Source: Octopus bimaculoides
Lineage: Eukaryota
NCBI RefSeq assembly: GCF_001194135.2
Contig: NC_068983.1
Span: 54,878,515 to 54,926,247 of the forward strand
Length of the DNA stretch: 47,733 bases
Direction: 5' to 3'
Made by a program: the position numbers and the translations under genes. How positions within the stretch are numbered: the stretch's first letter is position 1; each line of letters begins with the position of its first letter. The notes under the pieces were generated by a model. It was not told the origin of the DNA, ran no database searches, and worked only from the letters and a program-made list of their open reading frames with translations. This document shows, piece by piece, positions 24,991-36,760 of the stretch.

Positions 24991-25560
24991 ATGTATATGC
25001 ATATGTATATTTTTGTAACATGCATATGCATATTTATGTATATATGTGTTTGTATGTAAGTCTAAATGTTTTGGTGTTATGTGCACATATGTATCCCTCT
25101 GTGTTTGTTTATTGAAGGAGAAAAGGCTGAGTAGTAATATGATCTTTGTGGAACACCTTACAAACAAACCTGGTTGAGATTGTTTGATCTTTGGATCAAA
25201 CAATAAGTTGCTTAAAAAATGATAAATAAACCTTTACCCATCCTATCAATGTAGGTGACTATTCGTGAACTGAGTCATTTTTTAAATGTATGTTAATAGT
25301 TTTAAGCTTTGCAATAGAAAGGTCTTTACAACAAAACGTTTCTAAAAATTTATTGCACACCTGAATTTTCAACATTATTGTAGAGACATTTTATTACATA
25401 TCTGAAAACTACTAATGTGCATTTAAAATAATGCCTCAGTTCACCCATGTGCCCAGGAATAAGTAGTACAGACAATATGCTTGTTGTTGTTTTTGTTTAA
25501 TCTAAGCTCAGTCAACCCCGATCAAATGAACCTTTGATGTGTCTGTCTTTTCTTGAAAAT

Positions 25561-26240
25561 CATCATCAACGTCGTTTAACGTCCGCTTTCCATGCTAGCA
25601 TGGGTTGGACGATTTGACTGTGGACTGGTGAAACCAGATAGCTACACCAGACTCCAATCTGATTTGGCAGAATTTCTACAGCTGAATGCCCTTCCTAACG
25701 CCAACCACTCCGAGAGTGTAGTAGGTGCTTTTACGTGCCACCAGGACGAAGGGCAGTCAAGCGGTACTGGCAACGGCCACGCTCAAAATGGTGTATTTTA
25801 CGTGCCACCTGCACAGGAGCCAGTTTGGCGGCACTGGCAACGATCTCGCTCGAATGTCTTTATACGTGCCATCTGGCACAAGTACCAGGANNNNNNNNNN
25901 ACGATCTCGCTCGAATGTCTTTATACGTGCCATCTGGCACAAGTACCAGGAAGGCCATGCTGGGCACAGGTGCCATGACGATTTCGCTTGCCCCAACAGG
26001 TCTTCGCAAGCCGAGTTTCGTGTCCAATGAAGTAGACGACGTTGGCATGGGTGCCAGTCGTCGAATTTTATTCGATTTCGATTTCACTTGCTTCAACAGG
26101 TCTTTGCAAGTGGAGTTTAGTGTCCAATGAAGGAAGGTACGCATAAGTGGGCTGGCTGAAGTCTTAGATTTAGGTCTCACTTGACTTGCCGGGTCTTCTC
26201 ATGCACGGCATATTTCCAGAGGACTCGGTCAGAAGTCGTG
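25561..26240 (-). mobile_element. 5'-truncated RTE LINE: last ORF2 codons plus about 600-nt 3'UTR and (GAT)n tail
   Basis: Minus frame 26230-26177 reads DRVLWKYAVHEKTRQVK*, matching the RTE C-terminal peptide at about 46270-46315; downstream is the family D sequence. Confidence 0.8.
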
Positions 26241-27349
26241 TGATTTGAAAGAGATTTGACTGCTCTTTCTAGCATAGCAAATGACTATGCTGTGGCTCCC
26301 TTATTGGCTTATGTAGTAGAGTAGTGTTCTGTCCAAATGATTATTTGTTTATTATCCACTTCAATAGTAGCTCTTTGAACCTGTGAACTTTAGAGAATGA
26401 TCAGGCAGTTTAAATAATTTCCCAGACTGTGAGATACTCCTACTTGATTTTTATATTTTATATGTGATTCTAATAGCAGACATGACTTGTGTATTATATC
26501 TTATATATACACCATTTTCTACTTTTTAAAAAAAAATTAAATGAATGCTTGAAAATTACACTTTAATTTTTTTTTTAATAATTAACACAAGCTTGCTAAA
26601 GGAAATTGAAAAATGTTATCTTGATTAAACAATGGAGAAAATTAATATTTCAATGTGAAAGTCACTAAAATTTATTCTTTAGATATTATCATATGAAACT
26701 ATTATCATGTATGAAACAAATTTTTAAATATATATAAAGAATAAATTGAAATTTAAAATATTCTCTTTGATACATTTTCATGCCGTGTCTGAATTTAAAT
26801 ATTAGCAAACTTATGTTTTTTTTTTTTAATTTTCAAAACATTTGAACAAAAATTTAAAATATACATAAGAAAAAAGTAATTGTTTTCTCAAATGAAATAT
26901 AGCTCTTTTTAGTTACTTTCATGTCGTTTGGACATTGCTTTGTTAATTTGAAAAGAAAGGGTAACTAGAATTTTGATATTCTTTTAGAAAATGTAAGATT
27001 TCTACAGTTAACATTACATTTGAAATATTTGGTACACATCTTGGAAGGAATAACTAGTACATGGTTTCGGGCTTCAGAAGTTTGTTTCTAAACCAAGTGG
27101 TTCTAGGTTTGTTGAATGCGTGTTTCTTCTATTGTGGTTGTGTATTGATGTTTGTGGAGCTTGAACGTAACTTAATAATGACCAGGTTATTTTGATAAAT
27201 TCATTATTTTCAAGATCAACTAAAACAAAAATAGTGTATTTCAAAAGAAATATTGTACTAAAAGTGTTAAATTTGCATCTTGTGTTTAGGGAAGGTCGTT
27301 ATGCCAATAAAAAATTTAATAAACACACACACAGGTTCAATCCTACTTC

Positions 27350-27583
27350 TTTATTTTACCAACTAATTATCCAATGGTTTCTTTAATGTGTTGATTGAAT
27401 AACTGATCGGTTGTTGGTTTTCTCTGTCCTTTTGTCGCTGTTCACAACCTCTTCGATGACATGCCTTCACTCTTCAAGTTTGCGAATAGCAACAAAAGGA
27501 CTCTGACAGAGAAAACTAACAACTGATTGATTGTTCAGTCAATATATTAAACAAACCATTGGATAATTTGTTGGTTAAATAAA
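27350..27583. repeat. Imperfect inverted repeat, arms of about 100 bp, 29-nt loop
   Basis: 27350-27448 pairs with 27478-27583 at roughly 85% with one 5-nt bulge. Confidence 0.9.
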
Positions 27584-28057
27584 GATGTGGTACTGAAATA
27601 GTGCATGTGTTTAATTTTTATTAGCATAGTGACCCTCCCTAGACATAGTATTTGTTTCAACACACAAATTTACATAAAACCTCTTACTAACTAAATACAG
27701 AAGCGATTTACAGTTATGTATGTAAAGCTGCATGTTCTTGTAATCTAAAAGCTTCTTGATGGGTTTATTACATGAAAAATAACCAAGTTTCTATGAATTA
27801 TCATCCTTACACTCCTATGTGCTGAATTCAAATTCCACGCTGTTTGACTTTACTTTTATCCTTCTGCTGTTGATAAAATAAAGAATAATTACCTGTAATT
27901 GACATGGATTATGAACAATAGAAAAACAGGTGCCTGCATAGACACTGAGATTCTATATGCTGTTGACAGGAGATTCAGCTGTTATTACACTGCGGGACAT
28001 CTGTCTCTGAGGAAACCCACAGCAGGGTGAAATCATGTGACCCTGCAGTTTTGGATT

Positions 28058-28227
28058 AAGTTGATTATATCAACCTCAGTGCATAACTGGTACTTATTTA
28101 ATCAGCCCCCGTAAGGATGAAAGGCAAAGTCGACCTTGGCAGAATTTGAACTCAAAACGTAGTGGCAGGCGAAATACCACTAAGCATTTCGCCGGCGTGC
28201 TAACGTTTCTGCTAGCTCGCCGCCTTA
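28058..28227 (-). mobile_element. Family A SINE (head and core)
   Basis: Near-consensus GCATTTCGCCGGCGTGCTAACGTTTCTGCTAGCTCGCCGCCTT. Confidence 0.85.
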
Positions 28228-28452
28228 AAAGTAAGTTATCAGTAAGTCATTTCTTTTATTGTTTTCCGAGCATGAAGAAATGAGAACTTGTGCTATTTCC
28301 AAAGATGATAGGAAACTAAGTGAATCTGCTACAACCAGAAATTTAAAGCTAAAACTTATGTCACAACATTTGTTGTGTGTTCATGAACATATCTGCATAT
28401 CTAGCAAATCTTGCTTAAGCAAGCACACATATAACATATGTACATATATCTA

Positions 28453-28840
28453 TGGTGAGTAGCTTGCTTACCAACCACATGGTTCCAGGTTCATTCCCAC
28501 TGCGTGGCACCTTGGGCAAGTGTCTTCTACTATAGCCTCGGGCTGAACAAAGCCTTGTGAGTGGATTTGGTAGACGGAAACTGAAAGAAGCCCATCGTAT
28601 ATATGTATATGTATATATAAATATGTATGTGTTTGTTTGTCTCCCCAACATCGCTTGACAACAGATGGTGGTGTGTTTACATCCCCGTAACTTTGCGGTT
28701 TGGCAAAAGAGACCAACAGAATAAGTACTAGGCTTCCAAAGAATAAATCCTGGGGTCGATTTGCTTGACTGATGGTGGTGCTCCAGCATGGCCGCAGTCA
28801 AATGACTGAAACAAGTAAAAGAAGAAAAAGAGTAAAGAGA
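28453..28840 (+). mobile_element. Family B SINE
   Basis: Near-complete copy with (AAAAGAGT)-type tail. Confidence 0.88.
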
Positions 28841-29682
28841 GTGTACATGAATGTGTATGTGTGTGTATTTTTTGTGTATGTGCATATATATATATATCTA
28901 TCTATATATATATACATGTACACATATACACATACATACACTGTGTATGTGTGTGTGTGTGTGCATATATACACATATACACACCCTATTACCTTATCTA
29001 TATGATTTTTGGCATATATATAAACATCTACGCTTATGTATGTGCACACTCATACACCAACACACATATACAATTTTTGATGGAGGAAGCAAAAATTTTA
29101 ATTTTGCAGATAATCATGAGTTAATTAGCTCATGAATCAAAACTCATTTGGCAAAATAGTTTGTCTATTTCACCTAATTAGTTTTCATTTCATAATAGTT
29201 GTTATTACATCATTAGTCCTTGTCATTTGGAATTTGGCAAACATATAAGCTCTTCTAATTACATGTTTTACAGTATTCTTGTTCAATGTATGTCTCTTGG
29301 TTTTTAGCTTAAAATCTTAAGACTAAAATAGCTACTAATCTCACCAAGGCTGTGTAAATAGTAACACTAATCCTTACTTGGTGTAAAGATTTGGACAGCT
29401 AAGATTCCTGTCTTAGTAAAAACTAATAAAAGATAAGCCATTGTTTTGCTTGGGACTTCACTTGCTAATTTAATTTACTTATCTTCATGCAACATATATA
29501 TCTGATTATTTATTTTTTCACTTATAAAATTATTCTGGATTTTGTTGGCCGAAGCATCGCTTGGCTGGCTTGCTACAAGAGAAACAAAAACACAGCCAGT
29601 TGCCAGGTAGTGAGCTGGCAGTAGATTAATTGGATACCATTCACAAACAGCCTTAGTCATGTGATTGGTTTCACAATGTGGT

Positions 29683-29803
29683 CAATAGCATTCATCGATT
29701 GGTTGGATTTTTCTGACTTTCATGATGTCATAGCCAATAGCATTCATTGATTGGTTGGAATTTTTTTCTAACTTTCATGGTGTCATAGCCAATTGCATTC
29801 ATC
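29683..29803. repeat. 52-55-bp tandem repeat x2.3 rich in CCAAT/ATTGG
   Basis: Units start at 29683, 29735 and 29790. Confidence 0.85.
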
Positions 29804-30026
29804 TCCTTTGTATTATCCTCATTTAAAAATATATCTGAATGTCAACTGAGTTCTTATGGAAGTTGTAAGACCCAGAGCTTCACACTGATTTTAATTGTAT
29901 GTGGCTAAGTTCACCTGACTGAGGAATGCATCAGCTTGCCAGATCATTTAGTATTGTTATGAGAAATAAAAGGGTGTCCTATCCAGAATAGGAACAGAGA
30001 GAGGAGGACACAACCTCATCTTTCAT

Positions 30027-30226
30027 TTAACCTTTTGATGCCACACATGGTTCCATGATACATGTTTCTTGTTTTAAAATAATCTACATTAAAACCTTCA
30101 TGTTAATTTACATCCCCTACACCAGCTTAATAACAACAGTTATTTTACTAAATTATTCATTATTTTCAAAATTAGTTGAAACAAAGCCAGTGTATTTCAA
30201 CAGAAATTTAGTAACAAAAGGGTTAA
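30027..30226. mobile_element. piggyBac-like MITE family 2, inverted relative to 4466
   Basis: TTAACCTTTTG ... GTAACAAAAGGGTTAA. Confidence 0.65.
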
Positions 30227-30645
30227 ATGAAAGATGTCAGTCTGTCTTTGTCTGTCTGTCTGTCTGTCTCACTCTCCTCTCTCTCTTTCTCTTGGATAGG
30301 ATACCATTTTATTTCTCATAACATTACTAAATAATCTGGTAGGCTGATCTATTCCTGACAGTTTGGTGAACTGAGCCACATGTAATTGCATGCTGCTGAA
30401 ATATGCAAAAAAAAAAGCAAAACAACAAAAGACCCTTCTATGAGCTCCTGACCCTATGAGTTAGCAGTCTAACATAACGTCCACTCAAATGCTTCACCTC
30501 TACACTACAATTTTCTCTTATTTTTTTTCACATTCATTACCAAATTATTTGGAGCACCATGGAATAATTCTATGATCATAGATTATGTCTATCGTAAATT
30601 AGCTTCTCACAGACTCCCATCTCTTTTTCTCAGTTATATCTACAC

Positions 30646-31208
30646 CATTGCTACTCAAAGTGGTGGTCCGCAGGCCGATGCTGGTCCGTGAGCCATCAGC
30701 TGCCAGCATGCGGCAAGTTCCCAGAAAAGAAAGAAACATTATAAAATGCTTATGTAATATTGTATTATTTGTTTACAAAATAAATATAAGATAAAAAACA
30801 ATTGTCAGCTTGTATTATCATCATCATCATCATCATCATCGTTTAACGTCCGCTTTCCATGCTAGCATGGGTTGGACGATTTGACTGAGGACTGGTGAAA
30901 CCGGATGGCAACACCAGGCTCCAATCTAAATTTGGCAGAGTTTCTACAGCTGGATGCCCTTCCTAATGCCAACCACTCAGAGAGTGTAGTAGGTGCTTTT
31001 ACGTGTCACCTGCACGAAGGCCAGTCAGGCGATACTGGCAACGGCCACGCTCGAAATGGTGTCTTTTATGTGCCACCCACACAAGCCAGTCCAGGGGCAC
31101 TGGCAATTGTTTTCGATATAAATTAATATTACTAAGAAATATTCCTGGTCCCTGACACATTGGAAAAAAACTGCCGTCATGCCACATCAGACAGTTTGAG
31201 AAGCACTG
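30646..31208. mobile_element. Non-autonomous hAT (Charlie-like) element with a nested family D fragment (about 30816-31105, minus)
   Basis: Ends CATTGCTACTCAAAG ... CAGTTTGAGAAGCACTG; 8-bp TSD ATCTACAC / ATCTACAG (one mismatch). Confidence 0.78.
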
Positions 31209-31949
31209 ATCTACAGAATTCAAAATCAGTGCTGAATACTAACAAGTACTATAAAACATGTCAGTTTTTCAGCACTTCATCAGCTTAGAGCAAGAAATTG
31301 TTCTTTCTTTGCAGAATGCTGTTTATTTTTGACTTGCTATGGTGATGTTGATGGCTGAGCTTTCAATCTAACTGAAGGAAACTATAACTGTGACAGAAGC
31401 AGTATTAATTCCAAGGGGTAATCTCCGACTTAACATGGAGGTTGTATTAGAACACACAATACTGTGTTATTTACTTTGAGAGGACCTCTCAAAAGGGCTC
31501 ATGGTGCATAAATATGAATGCTTTTATGCACCGTGAGTCTATATAAGGGGTCTTTTCAATGTAAATAATGCAGTATTCTGTGTATAACACAACATCCATG
31601 GAAATAAAGACTGCCCAAAGGGAATTATGCTTTCATCAGCTTTTTTCCATTGCTGATACTATCTGTTGGTCAGAACTTCTGACAAATGTCACCATTTTTT
31701 CTTATTTTTCCCAATGAGAGAGGATTTAAGTGCAAAATGCACAGAGAAAGACTAGTCGGCACAAGGCATCCCTTGTAATGCTTTGACAATTCTGGGAGTC
31801 TACCATTCTCAACTGGCATTTCTTTATCAACATCAACACAATAAAAAATAAAATTGACTGCAATAGGATTCGAACTCACAACACAAAAGATTTGGAGTTC
31901 ACACTGCAAAGCATTTTAACCAATGGTCTAACATCTCTACCAGATTACT

Positions 31950-32205
31950 AAGTTACAGAGACGTAAATATACCAACACCAATTGTCAGGCATTGATGGGG
32001 GACAATCACACACATACACAACAAGCACAAACAAATGCACACACACAACAGATTTCTTTTAGTTTCTGCCTGCCAAATCCAGTCACAAGGCTTAGGTTGG
32101 ACCAAGGCTAGAGTACAAGACACTTGTCCAAGGCACCACACAGTAGGACTGAACCTGGAACCATGTGGTTGTGAAGCAAACTTCTTACCACACAGCCACA
32201 CTTGC
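31950..32205 (-). mobile_element. Family B SINE, diverged
   Basis: Core and head motifs on the minus strand. Confidence 0.7.
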
Positions 32206-32741
32206 ACTCATAAATCTTTGGTGGAAAATTCTGATATCAGTAATTCTAAAACGGGAAGTTTGTATCATAGAATGAGAGGCTGGTTCAGGCAGGTTGGTAT
32301 CAAAATGGTTAATATGGTTGGTAGATCCTCTAGCATTTATGGTAAATAAATACTGGTGTATGGTGAGAATTTCAAATTTCAAATTCTTGCCACGGTTATT
32401 TTTGCTTTAAATAAATACTGAGGTTTTAATAAATAAAAACAAACAAACAAAAGTAGAGGAATTTCTTACAAGTAGACCTTGTGCCAAAGAATGAAATAAT
32501 TATTTATTGATTTCAGAATGATAAACGATTTAAGTTTTCCATAGCCAGACTCATAAAATTTCTAAATTTGGTACTTTGCCAGACAGTTTCTCTTGCATAC
32601 TGTAGCTGTGTTTGTGATATACTCTATAAACATACGACACAGGACATATGGTGTGTGTTTATCAAACTTTTACAAAGATGCCTATAGTTATTAGCACTAA
32701 ATGCAACACAGACTACATTCTTTTCAAAAATTATTGAATTA

Positions 32742-32781
<40 letters not shown>

Positions 32782-32784
<3 letters not shown>

Positions 32785-32988
32785 GGCAGTGAACTGGCAT
32801 AATTGTTAGCATGCTGGGTAAAATGCTTAACAGCATTTCGTCCATCCTTACGTTCTGAGTTCAAATTCCCCCGAGGTTGCTTTTGCCTTTCAGAGTTGAT
32901 AAATTAAGCACCAGTGAAACATTGGAGAGGATGTAATCGACTAGCCTCCTCCCTCCAAATTTCAGGCCTTGTGCCTATATGAGGAAAG

Positions 32989-33020
<32 letters not shown>

Positions 33021-33986
33021 GGTAGCGAGCTGGCAGAATTGTTAGCATGGTGGACAAAATGCTTAGCAGTATTTTGCCCATCACTACGTTCATCATCATC
33101 ATCCAGTGTTTTAAATCTGGATTTTGTCCCTGTTAACGGAGATGGCTGGATCTACTTCAATGCCATAGCAACCGCCCTCACGCAGTCTTACCATCGTACC
33201 CAGTTTTGGGTATCCTCCCTTCTCAAGCCAACCCTCCCAATCTCCTCCTCCACCTGTCCCTCCACATTTTCCTTGTTTTTCGCTGTCCATTTACCTCAAG
33301 CTCAAGCACCCTCCTCAGAACATGCTCTTCATCCCTCCTCAACACATGCCCATACCACCACACTCCATTCGCCCTTGCCAGCTGTTCCACCGATTCCTCC
33401 AACCCCAGCATCCCCATCAAGTCCTCAGTCCTCCTCTTATCAAACAGCTTCACTCCACACGTCTCTCTCACCATTGCTCTCTCAGTCCTTCTCAAAATTG
33501 CCATCTCCCTCTCTCCCTCAAACACCCTGCCTCACTCCCATACAGCATTGCAATTCTCATGCAACACCTGTAGACCCTTCCTTTCATCTTCAATGACAAC
33601 CTTTTCCCATAAGTTCAAATTTGGCTGAGGTTGGCTTTACCTTTCATCCTTTTGGGGTCAATAAATTAAGCACCTGTTGAGTACTCGGTTCAATGTAATC
33701 AACTGCCCCCTCCCCCCAAATTTCAGGCCTTGTGCCTATAATAGAAAGGATTATTATTATTATTAAGGCAACGAGCTGGCAGAATCGTTAGCATGCTGGA
33801 TGAAACAATTTGGTATTTTGCCCCTTGCTATGTTCTGAGTTCAAATTCTGCCCAGGTCAAGTTTGCTTTTCATCCTTTTGCAGTCGATAGATTAAGTACC
33901 AGTCAAGTACTGGGATCTATGTACCCAACTGTCCCCCTCCCCCAAAGTTTCTGGCCTTGTGCCTATAGTAGAATGGATTATTATTA

Positions 33987-34026
<40 letters not shown>

Positions 34027-34954
34027 GACTGTGAGAATCATTAGCATATGGGACCTTAGTGGCATTTTTTCAGGCTCTTTACATTGAAAGTTCAAATTCC
34101 ACCAAGATTGACTTAGCCTTTCATCCTTTCGGCGTCAAAGAAATAAGTACCATTTGAACACTGGGGTCGATGTAATCAATTACCCCCTTCCCTAAAATAT
34201 CAGGCTTTGTGCCTATAATAGAAAGGATTATTATTAAGGTGACAAACTGGTCGAATCATTAGCTTGTGGGGCTAAATGTGTAATGGCATTTCTTCTGACT
34301 CCTTATGTACTATTGAGTTCAGATTCTGCTGAGGTCAACTTTGCTTTCAACCTTTCAGGGTCAATAAAATAAGTACCAGTTGAACACTGGGGTTGATGTC
34401 ATTAACTATCCTCCACCAAAAAAAATTGCTGGTCGTGTACCAAAATTTGAAAAAAAAATTATTATTATTCTCATTGTCATCTTCTTTGAATTCTGTTTCT
34501 GTTTCTTGTCGAGTGTCTTCTTGACACCTAGGGCAGAGAAATGCACTGTATACATTGATGGGCCATTAAAATAAACACACCAGATTGTTCATTTATAAAG
34601 TTATGTGATAGAGAAAAAAGGGAAGAAAGATATAGAGAAAAGGGGAAGAAAGACGGAGAGAAAAAGGAAAGAATAAAAAAGTAAATAAAGAAAATAAAAG
34701 GGAAAAAGGGAAAAAAATTTTCAGTGACACAGCGCTTCTCAGTATATGTGATATACCAGCTAAGACAATCTTTTGCACTTCCTGTATGGATGGTAAATTA
34801 TTATTATTATTATCACTATTAAGGTGGCGAGCTGGCAGAAACGTTAAGACGCCAGGCGAAATGCTTAGCGGTATTTCGTCTGTCTTTACGTTCTGAGTTC
34901 AAATTGTTATTATCATTATTATTATCATTATTAAGGTGGCGAGCTGACAGAATC
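32782..34954 (+). mobile_element. Array of about 7 head-to-tail family A (tail-2) SINEs linked by (TTA)n
   Basis: Heads near 32782, 33019, 33765, 34026, 34236, 34820 and 34932; unique sequence at about 34450-34800. Confidence 0.82.
33091..33610 (-). mobile_element. 5'-truncated RTE-clade LINE (ORF2 C-terminus, frameshifted) nested in a family A SINE
   Basis: GKRLSLKMKGRVYRCCMRIAMLYGSE..REMAILRRTERAMVR..WWYGHVLRRDEEHVLRRVLELEVNGQR; (GAT)n tail; SINE resumes at AGTTCAAATT (33612). Confidence 0.9.
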
Positions 34955-35029
34955 ATCAAATTAGTTGCTACTTAAACATTTTCGTCTTATACCTTAGGAA
35001 TGAGAACCCAGGTTCGAAATTTCTCCAAG

Positions 35030-35073
35030 GCACCTGATGAAGGCTGGAGGGTACATCAGCCGAAACGTTGTGT
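35030..35073 (+). ncRNA. Minimal type I hammerhead ribozyme motif in a Penelope-like fragment (about 34953-35125)
   Basis: GCAC-CTGATGA-A-GGCTG-gagggtacat-CAGCC-GAAAC-GTT-GTGT. Confidence 0.72.
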
Positions 35074-35214
35074 AAACAACAAACAAGACGAGGACAAATA
35101 TCCATCAAATGTAAATAATGTATAAGTGATGTAATTGATTTCTTTGATCAAAACCTTCAAGGCTGTGCTTTGGCATGGTTGCAGTCTCATGATTTGAACA
35201 AATAAAAGTTAAAA

Positions 35215-35650
35215 GGCATGGTTGTGTGGTAAAAACTTTGCTTCCCAACCATATGGTTCTGGGTTCAGTCTCACTGCATGGAACCTTGGGCAGGTGTCTC
35301 CTACTATAGCCTTGGGCCAACTAAAGGCTTCTGAGTGGATTTGATAGATGGAAACTGAAAGAAGCCCATCACATATATATGTGTGTGTGTTTAACTTTGT
35401 TTCTGTGTTTGTCTCCCACCACTGCTTAACAACCAATGCTGGTTTGTTTACGTCTCCTAACTTACTAGTTTGGCAAAAGAGACCAATATAATAAATACCA
35501 GGCTTTACAAAAAAAATTTTTTTAAAATAGATATAGGATCTGGGGTGGATTCCTTCAGCTAAAAAATCTTTGAGGCAGTGCCCCAGCTTGGGCCACAATC
35601 TGATGACAAACAAGTAAATGAAAATTAAAAGATAAAGGGAAAAGAAAAAC
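35215..35650 (+). mobile_element. Family B SINE
   Basis: Head, CORE-like segment and diverged tail. Confidence 0.78.
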
Positions 35651-35829
35651 AAGACCCATACCATCCATAATCAAATTTCAAACCAAAGTGTTTATTTTAC
35701 TGGTCAGTTAATTCTTTGTCCCTGGTCAATATCCTTTGTAACATTACCAAACCACTTGCTCTGTCCATTCTTTGTCATCAAATTAGTTGCTACTTAAACA
35801 TTTCCCTCTTATGATATTTTTTTATAAAA

Positions 35830-35850
35830 GGATATTCATATATATACATA

Positions 35851-35927
<77 letters not shown>

Positions 35928-35929
35928 GA

Positions 35930-35974
<45 letters not shown>

Positions 35975-35999
35975 AACATCTTCATTTAAGAGAGAGGGC

Positions 36000-36032
<33 letters not shown>

Positions 36033-36080
36033 ACATATATGCATATATATATATGTAGAGAGAGAGAGAGAGAGAGAGAT
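35830..36080. repeat. Compound microsatellite (CT)n(AT)n(AC)n ... (AT)n(AG)n
   Basis: Direct reading. Confidence 0.95.
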
Positions 36081-36525
36081 GTCATTTGAGACAGTGATAC
36101 AGTAAAGTTGCTGCTGCTGTGAATGTAATTAAAATTCTTCAGCTAAATGGTGTTTCTGATAAGAAAAGCTGTTTCAGTACCATTGTCAATGAGCTTGTTT
36201 ACTTTGGCTGATTCTGTGAATGCTAGAACTAGCCTATGCTTGTTGCTACCTTGCCTTAAGATCTTGTAGTCATAACATGTAGCTAATTCAGTAGTATTTC
36301 AAACAAATTCATTCCAGATCTTTTTCTTTTTTTTTTTTTTTTAATTTTTTTTTTAACAGTTAGTTTCGGAGTTTTTTCTTTCCAATATTTTTCAAAGTAC
36401 TTTTTGTTGTTTTTGGTTTTTATTTTTCCCTATATATTTATGTTGAACAGTTAAATAGTTTATAGAAGGAAATAGTGTTCTTTATATATATGTATTTGTT
36501 ATATACTTGTCTGTGTGTGTATATT

Positions 36526-36561
<36 letters not shown>

Positions 36562-36715
36562 TCTGCAGGTCGTTATGTGTGTGTGTGTATGTGTGTGTCT
36601 AACTCCATGTAGTAGTGTTGTATATACATGGATGTTTGTGTTATGCACCTATATCTATCTATCAATCCATCTGCACGTTTGTGTATGTATGTATGTGTGT
36701 ATGTATGTCTGTGTA

Positions 36716-36760
<45 letters not shown>

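Noticed and set aside
25840-25951. 51-bp direct repeat either side of the 10-N gap
   Set aside because: Identical sequence flanking a nominal gap is most likely unmerged contig overlap.
10262-31639. Minus-strand CTGATGA at 10262-10268, 31277-31283 and 31633-31639 as hammerheads
   Set aside because: No adequate stem II plus GAAA plus stem I arrangement at any of them.
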